IMG/VR virus record: IMGVR_UViG_3300028840_004913
Location: 39,146 to 103,145 of that record
Direction: 5' to 3' (one strand)
Origin: a virus
DNA: 64,000 bases
Shown here piece after piece: positions 17,829 to 27,758 of the stretch. Numbering within the stretch: position 1 is the first letter of the stretch; the number at the start of each line of letters is the position of its first letter. Both the position numbers and the translations under genes were made by a program. The notes beneath the pieces were generated by a model. It saw nothing but the letters and a program-made list of their open reading frames with translations, searched no databases and had not been told where the DNA came from.

Positions 17829-17846
17829 GCTTTTTTTTATTTTTTT

Positions 17847-18326
17847 TTACATTATTTTTTGGCGAAGCTTGTCAGCGATCTCAAGCTTCCGTTTTATTTC
17901 GTTTTTCAAGCGCACCCTCTCTTCATTAAGCCTATCTATATCTGAGCTCAAATCATAATATAGCTTTTCTCCAGGGCTCATATCGTCTGTCTGTATCAAA
18001 AAGGTTCCATAATAACTGCTTTCTGAAACCCTGACAGGGCGACCCTCAAGTAGCTTCGACCCCCTGTAAAAACAAGCTTCTCGAGACATATCGACATTTG
18101 TGTCGCGAACAATAACTTTTACTTTTGCTCTTTTGCGAGGATATTCATTTTGCCTTTCTATGCGTTCGAATGTCAGGGCATACGTTGCCTTAGGCGCCAG
18201 GTTAAGGGCGATTTCATCAAGGAATCCCTCGTGGTATCCAAGGTTTTTTATTGACCTGCCCTCGACATCACCCTCGGTATGTACTTTCCAATAGCCAAAT
18301 GCCGGATGATCTTCTTTTTTATTCAT
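17847..18326 (-). CDS. Hypothetical protein
   Basis: GGGGAGG RBS before MNKKEDH. Confidence 0.6.
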   Translation of the reverse strand: MNKKEDHPAFGYWKVHTEGDVEGRSIKNLGYHEGFLDEIALNLAPKATYALTFERIERQNEYPRKRAKVKVIVRDTNVDMSREACFYRGSKLLEGRPVRVSESSYYGTFLIQTDDMSPGEKLYYDLSSDIDRLNEERVRLKNEIKRKLEIADKLRQKIM

Positions 18327-18672
18327 GATGCCTCCCCTCAATATAATCACCTGAAATTAAAATAAATTCTACCCTTAGAATATCCTTAATTTTAACATCG
18401 CCAAGGGCCTTTATGGCGTCGACAAGCAGCCTCGATATTCTCCTGGCTACCATTTCGGACCCTGGCATCTGATACATTTCCCACCATTCACGGTGGAATT
18501 TCGTCCTCGCTAACCGGTCAATAACGGCGTCGCCCCTTCCCTCGTACGCCATTCTTATTGATCGCTTCCGCAAAAAATTTGGCTCAGTATCGGCGCAACC
18601 AAACCGACTGCTTTTCCTGATGTAATTTTCAAGGGCATCCAATTTTTTCGCAAATTTTAATACTCTGTCCAT
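18319..18672 (-). CDS. Hypothetical protein
   Basis: AAGGA RBS; overlaps the next gene. Confidence 0.6.
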   Translation of the reverse strand: MDRVLKFAKKLDALENYIRKSSRFGCADTEPNFLRKRSIRMAYEGRGDAVIDRLARTKFHREWWEMYQMPGSEMVARRISRLLVDAIKALGDVKIKDILRVEFILISGDYIEGRHHE

Positions 18673-18699
18673 TTCAATAATCCTTTCTGTTGTTATTTT

Positions 18700-18880
18700 T
18701 TATTGACCCCAAATGCCGACATCCTCATTACTCAACTCGTCCGGATCAAGAAACTCTGGATATTCAGCAAGGTTGTCCTGGTTGAATAGCCGTTCCTTTT
18801 CCCGAGCCTCTTCAATATATTTCGTATACTCCTTTACCGCATGTTTTTGCCATCCCTGGCGCTGTCCTTTTGCTGGCATG
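18700..18880 (-). CDS. Hypothetical protein
   Basis: GGGGG RBS before MPAKGQ. Confidence 0.5.
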
Positions 18881-19203
18881 TCATTCCCCCTTTTCAATTT
18901 CAAAGTATTCACCGCATTCGTCACATTGCTCGGCGCCCAACGGTACCTCAGTCTCATTATCGCATCCGCAATTCGGGCACTCCCATTCCCACCTGTAAGC
19001 GTAAGCTGTTGCTTTTTCCATTTATTTAGTCCTTTCGTATTTCCTGCCGATTATAAATGCACAAACGATAGCTGAGAATATTAGAACCGGCGCAGGGTTT
19101 TCGATAAAGTCCTGTACCCAATGAATAATAACAAATCCCAAAAATAGAAAACCAAGAATACCACCGATTATTTCTAAAATTTTATCCCACATTATTGATC
19201 CCC

Positions 19204-19392
19204 CTAATCAAAGTAAAGTCTGGTTATAAGTTTTTCAGATCTGTCCAGGTCGCGGATATCGCCGGTCCTCAAATACTGTTTATATGCTCGGCGGCACGCC
19301 CTCTTGTGGCGGGTTACGGCGTCCTGGACTTCTTCTTTGCTCCATATGGTAAATTTCGGTTTATAATCTTTTATGACATTGTATCCGGCCAT
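19204..19392 (-). CDS. Hypothetical protein
   Basis: Probable start MAGYNV just after the upstream stop. Confidence 0.5.
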   Translation of the reverse strand: MAGYNVIKDYKPKFTIWSKEEVQDAVTRHKRACRRAYKQYLRTGDIRDLDRSEKLITRLYFD

Positions 19393-19393
19393 T

Positions 19394-19768
19394 TTATTTT
19401 CCCTCAAAAAATTCTTTGGTGTATTCATCGATCTTTTCAAAAGAAAGACCCTGCTTCCAGAAAAAATGCTCGACGTCCTGCTTGAATTCCATATCGACGT
19501 CCTCGGCATCCATCAGCCACCGGATAGCCGTCTTTCTATCAGGGGCACCAATACTGATTGTGTATTCGATCATTTCCTCGAATACCCGAAGGCTTTCGGC
19601 CTGATTGACGGCCTCTAAAGCCATATTTGCCTTGGTGAGGTCACAGAGATATTCGATCTCAATATCGAGATCTTCCTGCGTCCACCATTCTTTATAATGG
19701 CCACGAGGACGGAAACCGTGGGCGTCTTTGAAGAGATCTGAAAGGCATGTTTCTGAAATGTGTATCAT
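19394..19768 (-). CDS. Conserved phage hypothetical protein
   Basis: SDLFKDAHGFRPRG...GAPDRKTAIRWL motif; GGAGG RBS. Confidence 0.7.
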   Translation of the reverse strand: MIHISETCLSDLFKDAHGFRPRGHYKEWWTQEDLDIEIEYLCDLTKANMALEAVNQAESLRVFEEMIEYTISIGAPDRKTAIRWLMDAEDVDMEFKQDVEHFFWKQGLSFEKIDEYTKEFFEGK

Positions 19769-19812
19769 TTTTACCTCCTGAAAAGTTGTTGTTTTCCCCT
19801 TACTATACCATA

Positions 19813-19839
19813 GTATCGGCACATGTCAAGAATACTTTA
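19813..19839 (-). promoter_or_regulatory. Sigma-28 promoter with an embedded sigma-70 promoter
   Basis: TAAA-GTATTCTTGACATGT(15)-GCCGATAC; TTGACA-N16-TATAGT with TGn extension. Confidence 0.85.
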
Positions 19840-20023
19840 GGACTTTTTTTAATTTTTTTTCAAGGGCAAATAATTCAGAGGCTGCGTTGTGGCCATGGAG
19901 CCCTATCTCTATGTGCTCCTCTGTCAGATCTCTGAATTTACTTGTTACCTCTATAATAGATTCCCTGGCCTGCTCAAGTATTTCTATGTCCCTTTTTAAA
20001 AGGGCCTTTATTTCAGGATTCAT
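19826..20023 (-). CDS. Coiled-coil hypothetical protein
   Basis: GGGGG RBS before MNPEIK. Confidence 0.5.
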   Translation of the reverse strand: MNPEIKALLKRDIEILEQARESIIEVTSKFRDLTEEHIEIGLHGHNAASELFALEKKLKKVLKYS

Positions 20024-20210
20024 AATCCCCCCGGTATTTTTCTTTTCGAGTATAACGTTTTTTGTCCCTGTGCACCTGAGTCTCTCTAACCGTAGGCTTA
20101 CGGACCTTTGTGTAATGGGGAGCCCTCCAGCCGCACCGCCGGCACTCCCCACTCTTTGTCATTGCAGAACCACAAGCCTCGCACCTTATCCTAAACATAG
20201 ACCGAGACAT
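20013..20210 (-). CDS. Small Zn-ribbon protein
   Basis: CEAC..CRRC; G-rich RBS. Confidence 0.55.
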   Translation of the reverse strand: MSRSMFRIRCEACGSAMTKSGECRRCGWRAPHYTKVRKPTVRETQVHRDKKRYTRKEKYRGDYES

Positions 20211-20296
20211 GACAACCCCCTAATCTTATTCGTTTTGACCTGTTCGCCCGGGCCATAGCCTGTTTTATTGCCGCAAACTGCGACAGCCTCTTAAGC

Positions 20297-20503
20297 TCAA
20301 CTTTCGCATTCTTCTTGCTCGATTGAACACTCTGTATTTGTAATTGGTACTTCATTTAGAATAACCTCCATTTCCTTAAATGCCGCGACCCTGGCCGCGA
20401 AAATTTCGTCGACAAGACCCTTACCTTCCAATATAGATTGCTCTTTTGACCTTTCTGCCAGATATAGCCGAAGTCGTTCCACCGTCATAAACCCATCTCC
20501 CAT
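20297..20503 (-). CDS. Hypothetical protein
   Basis: ORF in the operon orientation. Confidence 0.45.
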   Translation of the reverse strand: MGDGFMTVERLRLYLAERSKEQSILEGKGLVDEIFAARVAAFKEMEVILNEVPITNTECSIEQEECES

Positions 20504-20978
20504 TTAATTTGATATAACCCATTTCGACCAATATAGGATCCTTCGGGCTCGAGAATCCGGCCTGTTCTGACCTGCGAATAACCCGCAAGTTTAGCTCTTC
20601 TCTCTTTTGGAATTTCCTCCAGAAATTAATAAGCCGCATAAACTCATCGGCGAATTCTTGCCCATGGGGTTTGAGCCGTTTATCCACCTGGGTATTGGCA
20701 TAGATGTGAGCCAACTCATGCAGCACAACCCATACGCTGTGTCTATATATTTTTACTCTGCGCTGTCTCGGCCAGGCAGTACCCAGGCGCCTCGAACATT
20801 TCCTGTTTGACAATTCAACTGTAGCACCCTTTAGTTGATATGCATTCTGGTACTGCCGCATGAACTCAAGCATCGGCTTTTTTTCTTTTTCTATAATGGT
20901 GTTGTTCAGCCTGAGAGCGTATGCGTAAATGACCTTAACCTTCGAATTGCCTGTCCCGATGTTGTTCATGTATTTCAT
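20421..20978 (-). CDS. SprT-like zincin metallopeptidase
   Basis: VVLHELAH...PHGQEF. Confidence 0.75.
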   Translation of the reverse strand: MKYMNNIGTGNSKVKVIYAYALRLNNTIIEKEKKPMLEFMRQYQNAYQLKGATVELSNRKCSRRLGTAWPRQRRVKIYRHSVWVVLHELAHIYANTQVDKRLKPHGQEFADEFMRLINFWRKFQKREELNLRVIRRSEQAGFSSPKDPILVEMGYIKLNGRWVYDGGTTSAISGRKVKRAIYIGR

Positions 20979-21014
20979 TTTTCCCTCCGTTGGTTTTTTG
21001 TTGCGTTACAAACT

Positions 21015-21041
21015 GTATCGGTCACCTGAAAATAAACTTTA
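21015..21041 (-). promoter_or_regulatory. Sigma-28-type promoter at the start of the leftward early region
   Basis: TAAA-GTTTATTTTCAGGTG(15)-ACCGATAC; A tracts upstream. Confidence 0.75.
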
Positions 21042-21123
21042 GCATTTTTTTTATTTTTTTGTCAACATTTTTTTTAAATATTTTTTTGCACCATTCCTGG
21101 CATAGTTGTGGTAGTATAGTTCC

Positions 21124-21696
21124 ATGCCTTACAAAAACGACACAGGTTACCCGTCGTCCACCAAGATCCTTGAATATTGGATTGATAAAAAATGGTTCAA
21201 GCCAATCCATTCAGAGCGCGGATCTGCGGTGCACGGCCAATGTAGCGCAAACCTCTTAGGATTACCGGTCATGCCACAGGACCGCTGGCCTACATATTAT
21301 GAATCATTTCTTAGGCTTAGGCCACATATTTTGGAGGTTTTTGTCGTTGAGGTCCGGTACGTTGATGAAGATCTCGGCTATTGTGGCCAGCCGGATCTGG
21401 TCGCCAAGATGGATGAAACCTATAATAACTGGATCATTCTTTGGGACTGGAAAACTTCGCAGGCCAGGCATAAGTATTGGGGCCCACAAACGGCTTCATA
21501 TAAACACCTGGTCGAATCCAATACTGGACTACCGATTGATCGGTGCGCGACGGCTCGGCTGAGGGGTGAAAACAATAACCCACACCTGCCACCGCTGGTC
21601 GATATTTTTGAACCGGAGCAAACAGAATTTCATTGGCAGGTATTCTGTAACGCCCTGGTAAACCACAACTTTTTTGGAGGACAATATGGATATTGA
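21124..21696 (+). CDS. PD-(D/E)xK exonuclease
   Basis: PS.T.IL, RGS.VH, VE, GYCGQPDLV, DWKTS, QTASY; possibly leaderless (TGnTAGTAT ends 7 nt before the ATG). Confidence 0.85.
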   Translation: MPYKNDTGYPSSTKILEYWIDKKWFKPIHSERGSAVHGQCSANLLGLPVMPQDRWPTYYESFLRLRPHILEVFVVEVRYVDEDLGYCGQPDLVAKMDETYNNWIILWDWKTSQARHKYWGPQTASYKHLVESNTGLPIDRCATARLRGENNNPHLPPLVDIFEPEQTEFHWQVFCNALVNHNFFGGQYGY

Positions 21697-22411
21697 TCTG
21701 AACGTAACCAAAAAACGAGAGAGGCACGATCTGGTCGTCTCTAAAATGGCAGATGCTGTCGTAGATGATAGGGATTTCTCGATCAAGAATCTGGCCCTTT
21801 TTGGGAAAAACGTCATGCTTAAAGTCGAGGCCATGCAGGAAGAGGCTAATTCATTTCGGGCAACCTCGGCGAATAAAGACGACGCCACCGAGAGGGGAGC
21901 CCAAGCAAAGAAGCTGGCAACTATATTCGACAAAAAGCGGAAGGCCTATAAGGAGCCATACCTTCGCCATGGTAAAGAGATCGACTCCGTCTTAATGCCA
22001 ATCGTTAAGGCGCTGAGAGAAGTCGAGAAAACCATGGGCATCAAGCTGTCAAAGGTACTGCATAGAGAGGCCGAGAAAAAACGCCTGGAAGAGGCCGCTC
22101 GCAGGGCTGCTGAGGAAGAGGCAGCCAAAGCCGCAGCCAAGCTCACAAAACAGAAGATCGCCCCGCCTGTGGCCTCTCAGCCAGCCGCAGCACCGGTCAA
22201 AAGGGTTCAGGCTGAGACTGGATCTGCCGGCCTGAAATATAAACCGGAGTTTAAATTAACCGGATCCCTGGCTGATGTTGATCCAAAGTACCTGCAGTTG
22301 AATGAAGAGGCCCTGGCCGCCGCATATAAGGCCGGAAGCCGAGGCAATGATATCAAGGGTATCGAGATTGTTAAGGTGCCCGTAACCAGTTTCGCAAATA
22401 AAAGGAGTTAA
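21674..22411 (+). CDS. Coiled-coil protein of the recombination module
   Basis: Helical, KRKAYKEPYL...ID pattern; lies between the exonuclease and RecT-like genes. Confidence 0.6.
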   Translation: MEDNMDIDLNVTKKRERHDLVVSKMADAVVDDRDFSIKNLALFGKNVMLKVEAMQEEANSFRATSANKDDATERGAQAKKLATIFDKKRKAYKEPYLRHGKEIDSVLMPIVKALREVEKTMGIKLSKVLHREAEKKRLEEAARRAAEEEAAKAAAKLTKQKIAPPVASQPAAAPVKRVQAETGSAGLKYKPEFKLTGSLADVDPKYLQLNEEALAAAYKAGSRGNDIKGIEIVKVPVTSFANKRS

Positions 22412-22413
22412 TT

Positions 22414-24054
22414 ATGTCAGACAAAAACTTGCCGGCAATACCGGTCGAAAAGGGTGAGATCGCACCGAGCGACATTGAAGGCCTATGGTGGCTGGCCAAT
22501 AGATTCTCAAACTCTGGAATGGTTCCAAAGACTTATGTCAATTCTCCAGAAAAGGTCATCGTCGCCTGGGATATGGGTTTGTCCCTCGGGCTGAACCGCA
22601 CCGCAGCCCTGCAGAACATAGCCGTGATCAACGGCATGCCATCAGTATGGGGTGACGCTGCTCTCGGCCTGGTCCAGAATTGCGAAGAGTTCATCGATTG
22701 TATTGAAACCTTCGACGGCGATATGTGGGATGGTGACAAAATCAATAAGAATTTCAAGGCCGTATGCACCATCAAGCTCAAGGACCGTGAAGATGTTGTC
22801 AGGGATTTCTCAATTGGTGATGCCATTAACGCAGATCTCTGGAATAAGGATATTTGGAAAAAATATCCAAAGCGCATGCTGCAGATGCGAGCTCGCTCAT
22901 GGGCTATCCGTGACGCTCTCCCTGGTGCCCTGAAAGGTTTGAAGGTTGCCGAGGAAGCCATGGATTACGACGTTAATATGGTCCAGGGTGCCGACGGATC
23001 CTATACGTCAGAGCCAGAAGTCATGTCTAATGAAAAGGTTGAAGAGGCTCTCCAGTTTATCTTTGAAGAAGATGATATGGAACCTGAGTTTTTTCAATAC
23101 CTTATAAAAACTATGGAGGCTAACGACGCCGATCCGAAAGCATTCCTTGAATATGTCGGTGACAATGCCAAGGAATTAATGGCGGCCTATAAAGCCGAGC
23201 CCGTGGTAGAGGCTGAGGTCGAGCCGGAAGAGGAAGCCCCTGAGCCCGACGTTGTGAAGGATGAAGCCGGCAATGTCGTCGCCGGCAGGACCGGATGGAA
23301 GGCTCCGGATTGGGCGGCCGGTAATGAAACTCTATTGAACCTCGGTATCAAGTTTAATTCTGGTCTGAAAAATGTCGTCGACTGGATCAATATAGTTTGC
23401 GAGCGCCAGGATCTCAGACCTGGAGACGTTGTCGTTTATATCGAAAAACATATTGAGAAGGCCGAAAAGACCTTTGGCGATTACGTCGAAGAGATCCGCA
23501 GGGTTTCAGACGAAGAGTTAGCCGATTCAGAGGGCGCTGAGATAGAGCGAGAATTCGAAAAGTCTGCCGAGGAAGAGGTCGCCAAAGAGGATCCCGTCGT
23601 CGAGCCCGAGCCAAAAATGACTCCGGCCGCAGAGATCCGGCTGTTCAACCATATGTCTGCAGCCGATCTCGAGGAATGGGTAACCAATAACCCTGAGATT
23701 GTTGACTCCTTATCAGAAGAGTCTCACGGTAAGCTGGTGGCCAAATGGGATCGCCTGATTAAAAAACCTTTCCCTGGTGGTCTGGAAGCAGATGAAGAGC
23801 CCCAAGAAACTGAGCCCGTCCGCACAGCCCAGGAGAAAGGTCCGGACCTTGATGATATCGAAAGCAAGATGAAAGATAAGATCCGGACCCGACTCCTGCA
23901 CCTGCGAAAAACATACCCGAATACCTGCGAAGAAATTCGGGAGAAACATGGCTTCGGCCAAATGGTAGCCAGCGACAACGCCGCCAGGATATGGGTAGAT
24001 GATGTGGTCGAGCTACTCGCCAAAAAGAAGTCCGCTGGAAAGGAGTTAGATTAA
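22414..24054 (+). CDS. RecT/Redbeta-like ssDNA annealing protein with a long acidic C-terminus
   Basis: SGMVPK.Y...GL.LGL...ALQNIAVINGMPSVWGDA...WKKYPKRMLQMRARSWAIRDA. Confidence 0.85.
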   Translation: MSDKNLPAIPVEKGEIAPSDIEGLWWLANRFSNSGMVPKTYVNSPEKVIVAWDMGLSLGLNRTAALQNIAVINGMPSVWGDAALGLVQNCEEFIDCIETFDGDMWDGDKINKNFKAVCTIKLKDREDVVRDFSIGDAINADLWNKDIWKKYPKRMLQMRARSWAIRDALPGALKGLKVAEEAMDYDVNMVQGADGSYTSEPEVMSNEKVEEALQFIFEEDDMEPEFFQYLIKTMEANDADPKAFLEYVGDNAKELMAAYKAEPVVEAEVEPEEEAPEPDVVKDEAGNVVAGRTGWKAPDWAAGNETLLNLGIKFNSGLKNVVDWINIVCERQDLRPGDVVVYIEKHIEKAEKTFGDYVEEIRRVSDEELADSEGAEIEREFEKSAEEEVAKEDPVVEPEPKMTPAAEIRLFNHMSAADLEEWVTNNPEIVDSLSEESHGKLVAKWDRLIKKPFPGGLEADEEPQETEPVRTAQEKGPDLDDIESKMKDKIRTRLLHLRKTYPNTCEEIREKHGFGQMVASDNAARIWVDDVVELLAKKKSAGKELD

Positions 24055-24341
24055 TGGAGCGACGACCAGATGAATCCTTCGAGGATTATAAGGAGCGCCG
24101 GAAAAAGGCGAATGAGGATACCAAGGCCAGGCTAAAAGGCCGGCGGGTGTTTAACTCCACCTACTATGTGATGGAGAAGGATCCTGAAACCGGTGAGGAA
24201 AAACCCGTAAAGAAAACACAGACTCACCAGCGTGGGAAGACTCAGCTATCCGGATCAATGGCAGATAAAAACCGATATGATGCCTTGCTCCGTAAGGCAG
24301 AGAGGAAAGCGAAAAATGAAGAGAAAGCAACCGAACATTAA
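24054..24341 (+). CDS. Hypothetical protein
   Basis: Translationally coupled (TAATG). Confidence 0.65.
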   Translation: MERRPDESFEDYKERRKKANEDTKARLKGRRVFNSTYYVMEKDPETGEEKPVKKTQTHQRGKTQLSGSMADKNRYDALLRKAERKAKNEEKATEH

Positions 24342-24972
24342 GTTTGACTTCGATGGATCCCTGGTGGATTGGGCCACCTATTTCAGGAAATGGGTGGAGT
24401 CAAAGAGGTTCACGATCGTCGATAATGGTAGCTTTTATTGGGAGCTACTTGACCAGCATGGTTCACCTGTGAGCCATGAAGCGGCTTCGCGGCTCGTATA
24501 CAGATCAATGTCGCACATCGAAGAGTTTGAGCCCATGGACGGTGCCGAGCTATTTCTCGGATGGTATTATGCACAGACCGGAGTTCCAATACAGGTTGTC
24601 ACCTGCAGGCCGCACCATGTTGCCGGCTATACACACCAGGTGTTCGCCAGGCTATTCCCGCACATACCGTTTACGATCTCGTTTGTAGACGACGCTGTGC
24701 ATAAGCCTTTATATATGGAAGATTGCACGGTATTTTATGACGATCGCCGGAAAACAGCGGTTGAAATGGCAGGCAGGGGATTCACGGTATTCATGCCTGT
24801 GCGAGATTATAACTTTCCGATCCGTAATTGCGAGGTGCCAGTTGTCAGGCTTAACAAACTGGATCCCGAGGCATCATATCACCCCGATATGCTAATCGGC
24901 GGCAGGATTATCCTGGTAGATTCGATAGCTGATCTGACAGACAAGCGGATAGTAAATCTGCTTTTCCGATAG
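24316..24972 (+). CDS. HAD-superfamily 5'(3')-nucleotidase-like protein
   Basis: FDFDGSL, VVTCR, K, YDDR, YN. Confidence 0.75.
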   Translation: MKRKQPNIKFDFDGSLVDWATYFRKWVESKRFTIVDNGSFYWELLDQHGSPVSHEAASRLVYRSMSHIEEFEPMDGAELFLGWYYAQTGVPIQVVTCRPHHVAGYTHQVFARLFPHIPFTISFVDDAVHKPLYMEDCTVFYDDRRKTAVEMAGRGFTVFMPVRDYNFPIRNCEVPVVRLNKLDPEASYHPDMLIGGRIILVDSIADLTDKRIVNLLFR

Positions 24973-24990
24973 CCATGACGTCAAAAGTAT

Positions 24991-25010
24991 GGGGGCCGTG
25001 GCTGGCCCCC
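24991..25010. terminator. Hairpin between convergent transcription units
   Basis: GGGGGCC/GGCCCCC. Confidence 0.55.
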
Positions 25011-25017
25011 CGCGCAT

Positions 25018-25437
25018 TTATTTTGTAATGCCGTGCAGCTTTTCGTAGGTACGAGATGCACCCAGGCCGAGCATGGCAAGGATTAAACTGACAATAACGC
25101 CGGCATCGAGATCTGGTGCCAGGATCTTATCCCCGACCAAAGCGGATCCCCACTCGAGTAATGGAAAGGCCAGGAAATGGGCCCCGAGTGCCAGACCGCA
25201 GATCCAACCGATGAACGGTCGCCAGCCGGCGACAAAGATTGTGCGGTGGCCTGCCTCGATCTTATTGATCTCAACTTGCCATTTGTCTGGCTCCTGCAGC
25301 ATCTTCATTCTCAGGAGCTCGGCAGCCGCCTTCTCTTCCGGAGTCTCCACAAACTTGTCGATCGCATCGGCAACCCCACCTACCAGGCCGCCGCCGGCAC
25401 CACCAACTAAACTGCCAAGGATCTTGATCAGGCCCAT
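25018..25437 (-). CDS. Holin (3TM, GTA-type/DUF3154)
   Basis: AGWRPFIGW...MLGLG..RTYEK; next to the lysozyme. Confidence 0.85.
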   Translation of the reverse strand: MGLIKILGSLVGGAGGGLVGGVADAIDKFVETPEEKAAAELLRMKMLQEPDKWQVEINKIEAGHRTIFVAGWRPFIGWICGLALGAHFLAFPLLEWGSALVGDKILAPDLDAGVIVSLILAMLGLGASRTYEKLHGITK

Positions 25438-25862
25438 TATTTCCCCCTCTCCATTATGCCGGCCAATTCGATTGCACGGTAACCTACCTGCTTAGCCCAC
25501 CTACTATCGAGCATCTCAGCGGAGGCCTTGCGCCAATCAGAACCTTGCATGGCCGCTATGAATTTTTTGAATTTATTCAGGCCCTTATAGCCCATATTAA
25601 AAATCATATTAAAGATAACTTCCTGCCGGCGATCGTCAAGCCATTCAATCTGATGCTCGCTCAGGAAGGACTCGGTATCCCTTAGCTTTTCGGAAATATC
25701 ATAGGATAAAATTTCATCCCAAATATGATCCGGAAGTTTGGATCCCTTATGGAATGCATGGCCATAGCCACCCGTCAACACACCTACCGTATCAACATAG
25801 ATGTGGTCACGGTATCCCTCGTGACGCTTAATGTCCTGCTTAATCTTTTTGAGATTCATCAC
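25437..25862 (-). CDS. Endolysin, GH24 (T4-type) lysozyme
   Basis: HEGYR..IY.DTVG..TGGYGH; NM.FNMG; EMLDSRWAKQVG.RA. Confidence 0.93.
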   Translation of the reverse strand: MMNLKKIKQDIKRHEGYRDHIYVDTVGVLTGGYGHAFHKGSKLPDHIWDEILSYDISEKLRDTESFLSEHQIEWLDDRRQEVIFNMIFNMGYKGLNKFKKFIAAMQGSDWRKASAEMLDSRWAKQVGYRAIELAGIMERGK

Positions 25863-25881
25863 AACCCCCCGATTTTATAGG

Positions 25882-26184
25882 TTATTTATTATTCATCTGT
25901 ATCAAGAGCGTCTTGACCTCGCCTACCTGATCTCCGACGCCATCAACTTTCCGCTCCAAAGAATCTTGCCTGGTGTGTATTCTGTCAAGCTCGCGCTGGA
26001 TAGAATTCCCCTCTTTTTCATGGAGTTTTGCGCTATCCTCCTTTGTGATATAAACCTCCGGAAACTCAGCAACTTTTTCAAATTGCCAGGCACCTAAAAA
26101 GCTGAGGACTCCCATAAACCCCATGATTATTATTGTTATCCACCAGCTATGCTTTTCTAAGGGCTTTCGAATCTGATTAACCAT
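25882..26184 (-). CDS. Membrane protein with a coiled coil (lysis accessory?)
   Basis: N-terminal TM helix. Confidence 0.6.
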   Translation of the reverse strand: MVNQIRKPLEKHSWWITIIIMGFMGVLSFLGAWQFEKVAEFPEVYITKEDSAKLHEKEGNSIQRELDRIHTRQDSLERKVDGVGDQVGEVKTLLIQMNNK

Positions 26185-26201
26185 TACGCCTCCGCTCCGA
26201 T

Positions 26202-27746
26202 TTATTTGGTCCCTATCTGGCGTGACCCAAGGGTATCAACCTGGTAATGGATACCGGCTGTTTGAATTAATGCATCACCTGCGAAGGCGTCACCTACTGC
26301 CGCGATCCTTGTCAGGGTAAAAAAGAACTGATCACCTATTTGTACTGGCGTTCCATTCGGTCCAGCCGTGCTACCATCTATCGCTGCAAAGTCTGCTCGA
26401 TAGTTTTCATACTGCGTATCGACGGCCGTATCTCCCGTGGTGATCACGGTTTTTGTGTCGGTCGTTTCGTCGTCACGCATGATTACATAATCCATTTGCC
26501 AGTTCACATTATCGGTCCCTGTGGGAGCCGCAATTATCTGGAAATGGACATGAGGAATAAAGTCCGAACCGTTTTTATAATCATGCTGGATCTCAAATCC
26601 GGCATGGACCTTTTCACCGACTGCGAATGCAAGCGTCTCAATCCCTGTATCGGTGCCGCCTTCATCTCTGAATGAATCAGTATCTGGCTGAGAGGATGAA
26701 GGTTGAGAGAATTGAGCCGCACCGAGGTTCAAATCCTTGTATACAGGCTCAACTAATTCGAGAGTTTTTTCGGTACCGCAATCGACTTTTAGATCTGATG
26801 GAGCGACGGCATCTGTAAGGATGATCATGTCGGTTCCGTCATATTGCAGGTAAGCGTCCTGGGACTCTCCGAGATAAACCTTTCCTGTATCGGTCAGAAC
26901 GCCAAAGCCGTCTGTCAGGGTTTTGAATACCCACGTCCCATTATAGCCAAGCTGTACGGAAAAGTCTGGATCGGCATTGAAAACATCCGACGCACCACCG
27001 AGATTTTTTTCGAGGGTAATCGTCAGATTTCCAGAGGCAGCATCGTTGACCATATTGAAGTTGCTCGAGAATGAATCATAGAAGAACTGGAATTCCTGGC
27101 CAGCATACATGGCGGCGAAACCGTCTCCATCCGTATCACCAACGTCCCTCAGGGTTTTTAGGGCTGCGCCACCAGCATTATAAAGAGTGACCGGTCCGTC
27201 CGGATCTAAATCCCCCATGACTACGCTGCCACCACCACCGGCCTGGTTGCCATTAAGGGTAATGTGCTCTTCATTGATAAGAGCGGATATCTTTAACTCT
27301 CCGGCAACCGATCCGTCCATTATTCCTGACGCTGCGCCACCAGCCCTATGAACGGCAACATTCCCGCCGTTAGGATTGGCGTTAAGGGCGGCTGAAAGAT
27401 CGTAATTCGTCGGATCAAGCACAGCAAACGTACAAGCCGTGCCATCTGTAAAAAGATATGCGATCGGATATTTCGTGTCTAAAGCTACCTCGGCACCAAG
27501 GTAAAACCCGTTGTCGTCCTTTGTCCCGAGAAGCATCGGGATATCTCCGGAGCCTGAGTCCTGCAGAAACCGGAAACACTCGTTCCCATCGATAGTCACA
27601 TTGACAACCCCACCTGCGCCGGTATCTATAACCTCGACGCTCGAGTCAAGCTGCTCTATCTTGCTAAGATCTAATGCGGCAATCGCATCATCGACGATTT
27701 GCTGCAAAATCTCTTCGGTATTCCATCTACCTATCCATCCACCCAT
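26202..27746 (-). CDS. Tail fibre/spike-like protein
   Basis: G/D/T-rich, beta-strand-like sequence with short repeats; end of the structural operon. Confidence 0.6.
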   Translation of the reverse strand: MGGWIGRWNTEEILQQIVDDAIAALDLSKIEQLDSSVEVIDTGAGGVVNVTIDGNECFRFLQDSGSGDIPMLLGTKDDNGFYLGAEVALDTKYPIAYLFTDGTACTFAVLDPTNYDLSAALNANPNGGNVAVHRAGGAASGIMDGSVAGELKISALINEEHITLNGNQAGGGGSVVMGDLDPDGPVTLYNAGGAALKTLRDVGDTDGDGFAAMYAGQEFQFFYDSFSSNFNMVNDAASGNLTITLEKNLGGASDVFNADPDFSVQLGYNGTWVFKTLTDGFGVLTDTGKVYLGESQDAYLQYDGTDMIILTDAVAPSDLKVDCGTEKTLELVEPVYKDLNLGAAQFSQPSSSQPDTDSFRDEGGTDTGIETLAFAVGEKVHAGFEIQHDYKNGSDFIPHVHFQIIAAPTGTDNVNWQMDYVIMRDDETTDTKTVITTGDTAVDTQYENYRADFAAIDGSTAGPNGTPVQIGDQFFFTLTRIAAVGDAFAGDALIQTAGIHYQVDTLGSRQIGTK

Positions 27747-27758
27747 GGTGGTACCTCC

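Noticed and set aside
19040-19056. Sixth sigma-28 promoter (GCCGATTA on the plus strand)
   Set aside because: No TAAA at the 15-nt spacing and no downstream plus-strand gene.
15400-21060. CRISPR array or attachment-site repeats
   Set aside because: The repeats are dispersed, degenerate and each precedes a gene; they fit promoter consensus.
21124-21696. cas4 / CRISPR-associated gene
   Set aside because: No array or other cas genes; the context is a RecT-linked recombination exonuclease.
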